In this document: one piece after another, positions 31,531-41,800 of the stretch
Position numbering within the stretch: position 1 is the stretch's first letter
Layout of the letters: each line of letters starts with the position of its first letter
Origin: Epithemia pelagica
Lineage: Eukaryota > Protista > Bacillariophyta
Reading direction: 5' to 3'
DNA: 64,000 nucleotides
Assembly (NCBI GenBank): GCA_946965045.2
Contig: OX337232.1
Coordinates: forward strand, 3,472,001 to 3,536,000
The notes under the pieces: generated by a model
The model's input: only the letters and a program-made list of their open reading frames with translations
Database searches by the model: none
Told to the model about the DNA's origin: nothing
Position numbers and translations under genes: made by a program

Positions 31531-34035
31531 ATGGCGACGACACCCACAGCCTCAACGACTCCTCCTCCTCCTCCTTCTTCTGCTCCAGAGGGAGGACAAC
31601 ATCGCATTCAATTTGTTCCCTTTTCGTCGGCGATTGAATCGCCCTTTTGGGTCAAGTACAATCAATTGAAATTGGAAACCATTCAATTGTCGCAACATCC
31701 TCTTCCCATTCAAGCCACGTATGGAATCCCCGATCACTCAACCACCACCACGACAACTACTCCAACACAACAACCACAACCACAACCACAACCACAACCA
31801 CAACCACCCCGGTGGCAATGTCAAGAATCCTCCTTGCCGTCGGTAGCAACGATTCAGGAGATTGTGGCCACCTCCTCCTCCTCAACCACAACGGCATTGC
31901 CCACACAGTCTTCTTTTTCTTCCAATCCTCACGCCGCGTTGGTGGCCAATGAACGGATTCACGCACGTGGAATCTTGTTGGGATACAATACAGTCGAAGC
32001 CTTTCAATCCGTCAACAAGAATCAATTGCTCCATGACACGTTTATCGAGGCCTTTGCGACGGGTTCCGTGGAGGCCTTGACCACGTTTGTGTTGATTACC
32101 TATGCCGATTTGAAACAACATTCAGTCCTCTATTGGTTTGGCTTTCCGACACTGAGTGGCGCTCCAATAGTGGCGCAATCACCGCCGCAACCCTTGGCAG
32201 CCGTATATTCAACCCAAGAACGACTGGCCTTGGCCCAGCAAGTATTGGAGATGCGTCGGCAACAACTCGTGCAGCACTCAACCGACCGAAGTGTTAGTGG
32301 TGGATTGCCACCCTACTTTGTGTGGTTTCCCAACCAACAAACCTGTCAACCCCTCTCACGGTCCGTCCTTTCCTCCGTGCCGTCCGACACGAATGATGAC
32401 ACCACCACCACGACCGAACAAGTCATTTTTGGTGTCCTGGATCCGCATGGAGCCACGGACCATCCGGGATGGCCCTTGCGCAATTTGGTCGCCTACCTGT
32501 CCTTTCATTTGGATCTGGGCGGTCAAACGGTGCCCATGGTCTGTTATCGACCAGGTCGTCTGCGACGCTTGGCCGTTGAGAATGATGATGCTTCTGCGAC
32601 TCCAACCGAGCTGGATGTGTCCCACGATTCCAGTTTGCTCTACCACATAACCATTCCGACCAAGACAGCGTTTGGATGGAAGGATGCAACCGACCAGGAT
32701 ACTAGTACTCCAACAAAGGACGCCTTTGCGGGCGTCAAGGTGACGGGCTGGGAATTGAATGCCCGCGGCAAACCAGGTCCCCGATTGGTCCAATTGCGAC
32801 CCCTGTTGGATGCGACGCATTTGGCCATTCAAGCGGCCGATTTGAATTTGCAACTCATGAAATGGCGCATGATTCCCAATTTACAAGTGGACCAATTGCA
32901 ACAAACCAAGGTCTTGCTCTTGGGAGCTGGAACCTTGGGCTGTCACGTGGCACGGGTCTTGTTGGGATGGGGCATTCGACACTTTTGTTTCGTGGACAAT
33001 GGCACGGTCAATTATTCCAACCCCGTTCGACAACCACTCTTTACCTTGGCCGATTGTCAAGCCAATAATACTAGTGGCAGTAGTGGCAGTAGCGGTGGTG
33101 GTGTGCCCAAGGCCGTAGCGGCCGCCAAGGCCTTGACGCAGATTGCGGCCGATGTACACGCACAGGGCATTGTCTTGTCCATTCCCATGCCGGGCCATGT
33201 GGAAACTCGACCCGTCTTAAAAGAGTCGGTTTCGAAATTGGATCAATTGATTCAAGACACCGATGTTGTCTTTTTGTTGACGGATACCCGCGAATCGCGA
33301 TGGTTGCCCACCGTCCTGGCGGCTGCCTACGACAAGCCCTTGTTGAATGCCGCCTTGGGATTGGACAGTTGGCTCGTCATGCGGCATGGTGGTGGTGGTG
33401 GCAGTCCACATTCCACAGATCAATCATCACAACCGCAACGATTGGGATGTTATTTTTGCAACGATGTCGTGGCACCGGAAAATTCCACCAAGAATCGAAC
33501 CTTGGATCAACAATGTACCGTGACTCGACCGGGCTTGGCACCGATTGCGTCCGCCATGGCGGTCGAATTGATGGTGTCCCTCTTGCATCATCCGGCCCGG
33601 CATCATGCTCCGGCGCCCACAATCAGCAGTTCCACCTTTGCTCCCACTCTGGCATCGACTCATGAGGACAATGACAACAACAAGAAGAACACAAACGAAT
33701 CGTCGGATCCTTCCGCACAGCACAAGCATACCGTTGCCAGTACCGCCACGGCCTTGGGATTGTTGCCGCATCAAATTCGAGGATCGGTCGTGACCTATAC
33801 CATCATGACACCAACCGTGCCGGCCTTTGGTCATTGTACCGCTTGTGCCCAACCCGTGATTGACGCCTATTTGGCCAATCCCATGGACTTGGTCGAGCAA
33901 ACCTGTGCGGCCTCATCGTCGCAATTCTTGGAAGATTTGGTGGGTTTGACGGAATTTCGGACCCTAGCCACGGCGCAAATCGATGAATTGCTTCTAGACG
34001 ACGACGACGATGCCGATTTGTGGAATGCCGAGTAG
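31531..34035 (+). CDS. ATG7: Autophagy E1-like enzyme ATG7, intronless as read
   Basis: IQFVPFSSAIESPFW, YWFGFP, GWPLRNL, GWELNARGK, DLNLQLMKWR, LLLGAGTLGC, SNPVRQPLF, DTRESRWLP, LGCYFCNDVVAP, TLDQQCTVTRPG, PHQIRG. Confidence 0.96.
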   Translation: MATTPTASTTPPPPPSSAPEGGQHRIQFVPFSSAIESPFWVKYNQLKLETIQLSQHPLPIQATYGIPDHSTTTTTTTPTQQPQPQPQPQPQPPRWQCQESSLPSVATIQEIVATSSSSTTTALPTQSSFSSNPHAALVANERIHARGILLGYNTVEAFQSVNKNQLLHDTFIEAFATGSVEALTTFVLITYADLKQHSVLYWFGFPTLSGAPIVAQSPPQPLAAVYSTQERLALAQQVLEMRRQQLVQHSTDRSVSGGLPPYFVWFPNQQTCQPLSRSVLSSVPSDTNDDTTTTTEQVIFGVLDPHGATDHPGWPLRNLVAYLSFHLDLGGQTVPMVCYRPGRLRRLAVENDDASATPTELDVSHDSSLLYHITIPTKTAFGWKDATDQDTSTPTKDAFAGVKVTGWELNARGKPGPRLVQLRPLLDATHLAIQAADLNLQLMKWRMIPNLQVDQLQQTKVLLLGAGTLGCHVARVLLGWGIRHFCFVDNGTVNYSNPVRQPLFTLADCQANNTSGSSGSSGGGVPKAVAAAKALTQIAADVHAQGIVLSIPMPGHVETRPVLKESVSKLDQLIQDTDVVFLLTDTRESRWLPTVLAAAYDKPLLNAALGLDSWLVMRHGGGGGSPHSTDQSSQPQRLGCYFCNDVVAPENSTKNRTLDQQCTVTRPGLAPIASAMAVELMVSLLHHPARHHAPAPTISSSTFAPTLASTHEDNDNNKKNTNESSDPSAQHKHTVASTATALGLLPHQIRGSVVTYTIMTPTVPAFGHCTACAQPVIDAYLANPMDLVEQTCAASSSQFLEDLVGLTEFRTLATAQIDELLLDDDDDADLWNAE

Positions 34036-34506
34036 TTACATTCGAGGAGACCTCGACAACAAGAACAACAAGGACGAGACACTGGACTACTATGGAATGT
34101 GTTTCAGCCTCAGAAAGGTGGTATAAAAGGATGCGGAGCCGCCTAGCTAGGTAATCTCACCCTTTTGTGGATAGAGTCCATGCCACGGTGCAAGGGGAGT
34201 TCAACAGTTTTCTGTTGATCCCTTTCTTGTTGGGTACTGCAACAGCGGGTATCGTTTCCCTAACGTGGCAGACATGCACACTGCTCTGCTTACTTATTGA
34301 GAGAGCGAGAGACAAACTGAAGAGAGTTGTGGAGAGCCTATACGTAGCTACCGGTAGTCGCTCTTTGGATAGTCTATACCCAAAGGTTGCTGGAGCCTTT
34401 TCGTTTGGTGGTGCGTGTACGTCTGAAGTGTGTATCTTTTCTGTACGTGGCTATGATGCATACATGGATGCTCTGCTTCTTGTCGCGATGATTTCTCATT
34501 GTTTCA

Positions 34507-35391
34507 TTATTTTGGAATGTCTGTCGACTCATTGAAGGGGGAGTGAACATATCCCAAATGCTTGATTGAAAATCGGTCTCCAGCCCGGCCCACGACATAG
34601 GATCGGAACGGCGGATCTGCCGTGGACAAGGCACAATCGATATCCTCGTAGGGGCGACGACTCCACAACCGATGGAGCTTGTGCAGGGATGATTCACGCC
34701 AAATCTGTACATGCGTTCCTTGGCACCGATCCACGCCTTGGACGAATGTTGGGGGTCGGGTGTATCGATACACGGGAAGACGCGGCTGATGTTTGTTGGA
34801 GTCCCAGGGAGCCACACCCGCTCGAGGAGGTATTCGACGAAACAACCGATTGGTACCGGTCAGTAGGAACCGAATGACATCCCAATTGTCGTCCGGTACC
34901 AGCCGAATGGCTGCTTCCCATACCGTCCGATTCGGCGCGAGCACATAATCGTCCTCCAATACCAAGGTCAAACCCCCCGACATGTTTTGAGTTTCCATGA
35001 GTCGACAATTCGTGTCCGACAAACCCGACATGCCACGACACCTGGCCGATTCTTGCTTCCCCGTGACACAGTGAGAACCATTCAGAATGCCGGTGAGGGC
35101 TGCAAATCGATAGTACGGAATAGGGGGCTGAACCTTTTGCAAGGCATTCTCCATTTGCGTACGACGATCAACGTTCTTGTCTAAATTGATGTAATAGATG
35201 CGTTGAACGCCTTGTTTGATTTCCCATTGACGCAATTGTTTCCACTTCCAGTTCTTGCATATAGCGCCACTTGGCTTGTCGTTCGTCATCATTTGGGGCT
35301 TTACCGGAGTGAGTTGCATGGGGCTCTTGTTGGATCGAACCACTGTTGAAAAAGTAGTTGGCTTGAAGCAAGGTAAACATCTGAAGCCCAT
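34507..35391 (-). CDS. Glycosyltransferase family 25-like protein; true start uncertain
   Basis: RIYYINLDKNVDRRTQM, YRFAALTG, LVLEDD, DCAL are GT25-type motifs. Confidence 0.7.
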   Translation of the reverse strand: MGFRCLPCFKPTTFSTVVRSNKSPMQLTPVKPQMMTNDKPSGAICKNWKWKQLRQWEIKQGVQRIYYINLDKNVDRRTQMENALQKVQPPIPYYRFAALTGILNGSHCVTGKQESARCRGMSGLSDTNCRLMETQNMSGGLTLVLEDDYVLAPNRTVWEAAIRLVPDDNWDVIRFLLTGTNRLFRRIPPRAGVAPWDSNKHQPRLPVYRYTRPPTFVQGVDRCQGTHVQIWRESSLHKLHRLWSRRPYEDIDCALSTADPPFRSYVVGRAGDRFSIKHLGYVHSPFNESTDIPK

Positions 35392-35634
35392 GGCCTATCA
35401 ATATGGACACGGCGAGGAACCATTGAGAACGGTACCGAAATGAGTTTGTCGAACGCGATGGGAACCATGGAGCCATATTTGCTCTTGTTGGTGCTCGTTC
35501 TTCGACTTTTTCTTGCAAGGTTGTCCCCAAAATTATTTATATTACAGACTCCATGGATTCTCGGCAGTGAGAGTGAAGAGGAGTGGGGAGCGGAAAGAGA
35601 GGACAATTTATTTATTTTTTTGAAGAAAAAGTTG

Positions 35635-35741
35635 CGAGGGGACAACCCAGCGAGGGTCTCTCTCGTCTTGACAGTCTAGGACACGCTAGGGGAGTAGACG
35701 CGTGTGCCGCTAGGCCCAAGGGAAACCGTGCTGGCTCCCAG
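35635..35741. repeat. Split direct repeat B2
   Basis: Matches 36006-36149 except for a deletion of about 37 bp bounded by CGA microhomology. Confidence 0.9.
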
Positions 35742-35757
35742 GGGCGGGTAGGGGTTA

Positions 35758-36009
35758 TTTTTTGATTCTTCGACTATCTAGTTGCTCGTGACCTTCTCAC
35801 TCTCGACTTGGATGGCAGTGGCAAGTTCACAAATCTCCAAGTTGTGAGCTTGACTCTCATACAGATCGCAGGGACAATCCAATGTCTGACACGTCAGAGA
35901 CATTGGGAGTCGCTCAACCGCGGGAGCAGGTTGGAGTCGCATCACATTGTTCTTCGCATCTGTCTGCAATCCACTGCCACGCCGCAACCAAAGCACGACA
36001 GAAACCGAG
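35758..36009. repeat. Split direct repeat A2
   Basis: Near-identical to 48198-48449. Confidence 0.92.
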
Positions 36010-36149
36010 GGGACAACCCAGCGACGTCATCCTGCAGAGTCGCGGCGTTCTGTCGTTGCGAAGGTCTCTCTCGTCTTGACAGTCTAGGACACGCTAGGGG
36101 AGTAGACGCGTGTGCCGCTAGGCCCAAGGGAAACCGTGCTGGCTCCCAG
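36006..36149. repeat. Split direct repeat B1
   Basis: Lies directly after the YR stop in element orientation; matches B2. Confidence 0.9.
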
Positions 36150-36188
36150 TACCATTGAAGAGCACCTTCCATCACTTTGGATACGCCA

Positions 36189-36971
36189 TCAGAATTCCAG
36201 ATTCAGTTGCGTGTCAAAATGCTGGAAGGGGACGGAGCCAGTGAACTTGATCTCTTCCGGGGATTCGATAGCGGCTTCGAGGTTGGCTTGGATGGATTCG
36301 GCGTTGCCTGTGGGTCTGTTGTTGGCGGTGGAAGGGTCGACGTGTCTGAAGTCGAGTGTTGTAAGCATTTGCGTTGACATTCCTGCCGTCCACTCCATCA
36401 CCTGTGGACGGATATATCGAAGAAAGGCAGCGGACGACCATCGCCCAAGGATCATAATCTTCAACACTGAGGCTTTGGCGAGGAACAAGGCCATCGCGGC
36501 GCCCGATCGAATGGAATGGTTTCCAATTTCCATGGGCCGGTATCCGAATTTTTCAAATCCTCCTCCGGTTGCACAAGAGGATCGCAAGATTTTGATGGTG
36601 TCTTCGGATCTTATGAATCTCGGTGTTGGTGTTTCTCCGCGCTTGGCTACCTCTGGGTCGAACCAACAATGAACCGGCGTGTCGGGTGCGGCATCGGGAC
36701 GGTAAAAAAGAATCCGCCGAATGATGCGTCCCCACAATCGGACCGGACAAAGGATTGTATCGTTGGTTTTGCTTTGGGTCCGCGTCTGATTCTTCTCGCC
36801 GTTTTTTTGGGAGATAAAGGTTATGGAGACGAACATAGCCTTGGAGTCGAAGTCTGGAGCGCAAGGGTCAATTTCCGTTCGTCTCTCGTCGTCAACCATG
36901 AATTTGATATTTCCAATTGTCAGGAGTTTCGTCTTGCCTCGGTATTTGACCGTAAGGTATTCGCAACTGCG
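36189..36971 (-). pseudogene. C-terminal half of the tyrosine recombinase, cut off by Copia-2
   Basis: RSCEY, FISQKNG, LCPVRLW, GNHSIRSGAAM, LGRWSSAAFLRYIR. Joins the ORF at 45356-48195 once Copia-2 is removed. Confidence 0.9.
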
Positions 36972-37754
36972 TGTTAGAATTCTCACCGTCTATGGTGATT
37001 AGATTCTACATCTCATCGATTCCCCATGTCACATAGCCTCGTGCTATCGCATCATGCCATCTAGCTTCGAGCTATGTTCCCTAGCTTCGCGCTATATCGA
37101 CCTATATTTCTTCGCAAATCATGAAAAGTGAGAATAGATTGACGAACTCACTCTCAAGACTAAACTGGGTCGTGCGGTATTACAACGGACATAAATTTGG
37201 CCGTTGCTCGGACATTATACTAACGCCCTAAGCGTACGCGCCCGAAATCATCGAGCGCGCCCAAGCGACATCCGAGCGCTATCGGCATCTATCCGATCCA
37301 ACGGTCTAAGTATCCCAAGCACGACACACGATCACGCGAGACCATATTTCCATTCCCACAATCTCCAAATTGTCAACAAGCTGCGCGCCATGAAAACAAC
37401 TATGCCAGCCCAAAGCAAGAGCTGTTGACCCTGTATATGTTATCCGCCCACATATACATGTCATATACATCACATGAATCGACTCCAACTATTCCAAACC
37501 TGTTGCCGCCAAGAACCTATGACACATGACCCTTGGCAGGACCGAACATTTCACGTAGACCTATCGTAGTAATCAACACACAATCTAACAATATCACCAT
37601 TTATCACATCCTCTTTTGTGTCCCGACTATCCTTCTGATAGACTTCAACTTGCTTGCTTCTCTGACCCTGAGAAGCTTGTATCGGTTGGTGACCTACCTG
37701 ATTGTCTGCTCTACCGAGCATCAATGTCCCTACGATTCAGAAAGAATTGTAACA
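36972..37754 (+). repeat. Copia-2 5' LTR
   Basis: Direct repeat of 44573-45355. Confidence 0.96.
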
Positions 37755-37790
37755 GATTAACAGTCTCAAAGCTTATTTCCTTGTGGTTTC

Positions 37791-38570
37791 ATGGATACTA
37801 ACGAGATTATCACTCCTGTACGACAGATCTATCGAGCCAACCTGCATCCCGGGCAGCCCGATACCCTGGTGCAGCAGGAACTGGTGCCGACGCCGAAGGC
37901 AGCCAACACATCGGTCAACATCTCCGTCGACAGTTCCAACAGCAACCCATTCGAGACTCCAACCCAGCCTCACGCTCCGATCCCTGCGCCGTTGCTTCGG
38001 CCCCCGAGTCCGCCTCGTCGGCTCGTCCCTTCTCGATCCCGTCGTACCACCCGGTTGATTGCTGATCATATCAAGTACTTCCGCCAACCAACTTGTTCGA
38101 CCTTCGATCCCGAGATCATCCGTGGGGAGACCCAGATCGAACGCCAGTTCCAATCGGTGACCCACATCGTCGACCAAGAAGACATTGACCGTCTGAACGA
38201 CCAACTTCATCGTTCTCCGAGGCGTCGCCTCATCTTTGCCGCCCTCTCGGGCAACCCCATCCGTACTGTCCACCTCCGCTTCCTAACCTTCGAGCGCCCA
38301 ACTGGATACTACAATACCATCCACGTCGTGAACGCGACGACTTGCCCTCTGCCTCCTAACGTTGTACGCCTAGATAACTACGTTGCCTACATCCACGAGG
38401 TCCATACCATCGAGGACCATCGTGCAACTATCTACCCTTTGCGTACCGAGGTCGAGAACCACCTGGCTGAAGGTGATACCCCTTCTTCTGTTGCTTGTGC
38501 TGCCCCATCTGAGCCTGGAAGCGACTCTGATCATTCGGAAGAGGGTGAGGATTCGGAGACCGAAGCTTAA
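37791..38570 (+). CDS. Extra ORF upstream of gag inside Copia-2 (259 aa)
   Basis: ATG 37 nt after the LTR. Pro-rich N-terminus, globular middle, acidic tail; stop 320 nt before gag. Confidence 0.65.
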   Translation: MDTNEIITPVRQIYRANLHPGQPDTLVQQELVPTPKAANTSVNISVDSSNSNPFETPTQPHAPIPAPLLRPPSPPRRLVPSRSRRTTRLIADHIKYFRQPTCSTFDPEIIRGETQIERQFQSVTHIVDQEDIDRLNDQLHRSPRRRLIFAALSGNPIRTVHLRFLTFERPTGYYNTIHVVNATTCPLPPNVVRLDNYVAYIHEVHTIEDHRATIYPLRTEVENHLAEGDTPSSVACAAPSEPGSDSDHSEEGEDSETEA

Positions 38571-38890
38571 TTACTCATAGTTAACTCCCGTCCTCTCAAA
38601 ACCTTTCCAAGACTTAAACTCAACGCACATCCGGGTACCCTTGGTCGCACAACATGCCACACATTCCCGTCAAATCGCGAAAATTCGGCGAAAATTTGTT
38701 GAAACTCGGCGAAAATTTGTCGAAATCAACGGAAATTTCCAGGAGTCGCACATCACAACACACATCCGGGTATCACATACGTGGTACATACGTGGCACAC
38801 GTGGTACATCCGGGTTCACATCACATCACACATTAAATAAACCACATCACACCGCACATTAAATAAACATCGAACCAACCAAATAACACC

Positions 38891-41800
38891 ATGGATCCTC
38901 AATCACCCAAGACACCTACGACTCCTAAGGGAGAAGATAACCAAGACAATGTCTCGGACACAGACCTATTCGACCACATCATATTTACTGTCTGCCAATT
39001 CTTCACCAAAGAAAGGGCCGACTACTTAATGAAGTGGATGAAATACCATGGTTTTGAGAACATTACCCATGTTATCTCGTATATGCAAACTAATACCGAG
39101 GAATCCATGAAGGAACTGACACAATACAAGGTCAACAAACAGACACATGATCTACAAGGCCCCACAAGACAGCAGATCAAGCTCTTGGCTTATTGGGCCA
39201 CATACAAGACCAATGAAATTCAAGACGAGCTATCCAATAGCGACTGGATGAACCTAACGAGGAAAGAGTTCAACACTTGGAGGATCAACACAGATTTCTC
39301 TAAGGGACCACCTAGCCAAGTCCCAGTCTCGCCAATGAAGTCACCGTCATCTGTGAAATCTGTCAGCACAGTTACTGTCGCATCCCAATCCCAACAAGAC
39401 CTTACAGCATTCAGAAAGGGAACTAAGCGCGACGCAACTGCATATGAGGTATTCAAGGATGAACGATACTACGATTCATTCTGGCGTGTATTCAAGACTA
39501 CAGCTAAGGCTCAAGGCCTATCCAACGTTCTGAATTTCAAATACACACCACCCCATGATGATGAGTATGCCGAAGAACTTTTTCAAGAGCAACAAGTATT
39601 TCTTTACTCTGTTCTTGTCCGTATCATTCAGACTGACCAAGGTCGAGCCTATGTACGTGAACATGAACATGATGAAGATGCGCGTGCCGTATTGCAGAAG
39701 TTACACTCTTTGCATACCGAATCCGACCTAGCAAAGCGAGAAGTCCTCCGCTTAACCAACTACATTTCCAATCTACGTCTTGACGACACATGGCGCAGAA
39801 CAACACGTCAATTTCTTCTACACTTTCAAGAGCAGCTACGTTTGCTAGACAATTTAGTGACATTGTCTGATCGCATCCCTGATCATACCAGGATGACCTT
39901 CCTCATGCAAGCTGTAGAAAAGGTACCTGATCTCCGCCGAGTCAAGATCTTGGATAATGTGGTGAACACCAAATCCGGTGCAAAATCCCTTTGCTATCAA
40001 TCATACTTCCGTCTCCTTCTAGACGCAGCTTATGACCATGATCAAGCAACCCAGTCATCTGTTCATAGTCGCCGTCGACATGTCAAACAACATGAATCAC
40101 TATATGGCCAAGATACAGATGCTGACATAACCTCACAAGATGATATGGAGTATCATGTCCACAACACCAAAGCGACATCTGAATCTCCATCCTCTTCGTC
40201 CAAGGTTAGTCTACCGCGTGACCTATGGTTCAAACTTTCTGAAGAAGATCGCAAGTTGATCATTGAGTATAACAAGATGATTCAAGCACCTTCATCAACA
40301 ACACCGAGGACAGTGCAAACACATGCCCTCGACATTGATCCGGAACCTGATCCTGACCCCAACCAAGTTGCATCTGATGACGACTCACCTGGCGTAGTCC
40401 CTGAGCATTCAGATGATTCAGATCCGGTTACACAATTTATCAACCAAGCCATGACGACTGATATCAATCACCCGGCAACTGACCTGACTAGTGTTCTTTC
40501 TAACGCCAAGTCCAAGACGAGCAAGAAGGTTACTTTCAAAGCCAACATGCATAAACAAGCGGGACATGTTCCACGCTATTTGTTTTCCAGGAAATCTACT
40601 TTACCAGGGAATCAATTGATTGACCGTGGTGCTAATGGAGGACTTGCTGGTTCTGACATGCGCATCCTTTCTAAGACTGGTCGCCATATCACTATTGTGG
40701 GTATTGATAACCATGAACTTACTGGACTTCCTGTCGTCACATGTGCCGCAAAGTTTGAGACCAATGATGGACCTATTGTCGGCATCTTCAATGAATATGC
40801 TTATTATGGGAAGGGCTTATCTATCCATGCTCCTGGTCAATTCGAGCATTTCGGACTTGCTGTTGATGAACGATCTGTTAAAGTTCATGGTAAACAACGC
40901 ATCACTACACTTGATGGTCGTGCCATACCCCTTCACATCAAGGATGGGTTAGCCTACATCCACTCCTTGGGTATCCCCAGCGATGATGACATGGATACCT
41001 TACCTCAGATCATCTTCACGTCACCCGACACATGGGATCCTGGTGTTCTGGACCATTCGTTTTCTCCCACACCCTCTGACAATGATCCTGATTGGAAACA
41101 CGTCAAGACTGATGGTAGTATGTCGAACCATCCATATGACAACTATGGGGAGTACACTGATCGTGTTGTTTGTAACCTCAATCTCCTTTTGGATCTCCCA
41201 TACGATCATGGACCTGACGACGCACCCTTCTTTTCTATCTATGCAGACGCAGAAGGTAATGATCCTACACTTCATGCCTCTGTCCACCGTCGTTACCAGG
41301 AAGCGTATGACTGGAAGAAGTTCCGTCCATTCTTTGGTTGGCAATCTGAAGATGTTATTGCCGATACGTTCAAGCACACTACACGTAATGGTAGCATTAC
41401 TTTTGACCACGACACCCTCAAGAAACATTTCAAGGCTCGCAACCCGGTCCTTAATATACCTCGACGCCATGAACCCGTTGCTACTGACTCGGTTTTCTCC
41501 GACACCCCTGCTGTTGACCATGGCGGTAAAGTCGCACAAATCTTTGTTGGTCGAGATACTCTGGTTACTGATATCTATGGGATCAAGTCAACCAAACAGT
41601 TTGTCAATACTCTTCAGGACAACATCCGGTTTCGTGGTGCCATGGAGACTCTTATCAGTGATGGTGGTTCATCTCTCATCTCTCAAAAGGTTAAAGACAT
41701 CCTTCGCACTTTGCTTATTGGGGAGTATCGATCCGAACCTTATCATCAACACCAGAATAAGGCTGAAAACCGTTACCAGACCGTTAAACGTATGACCAAC

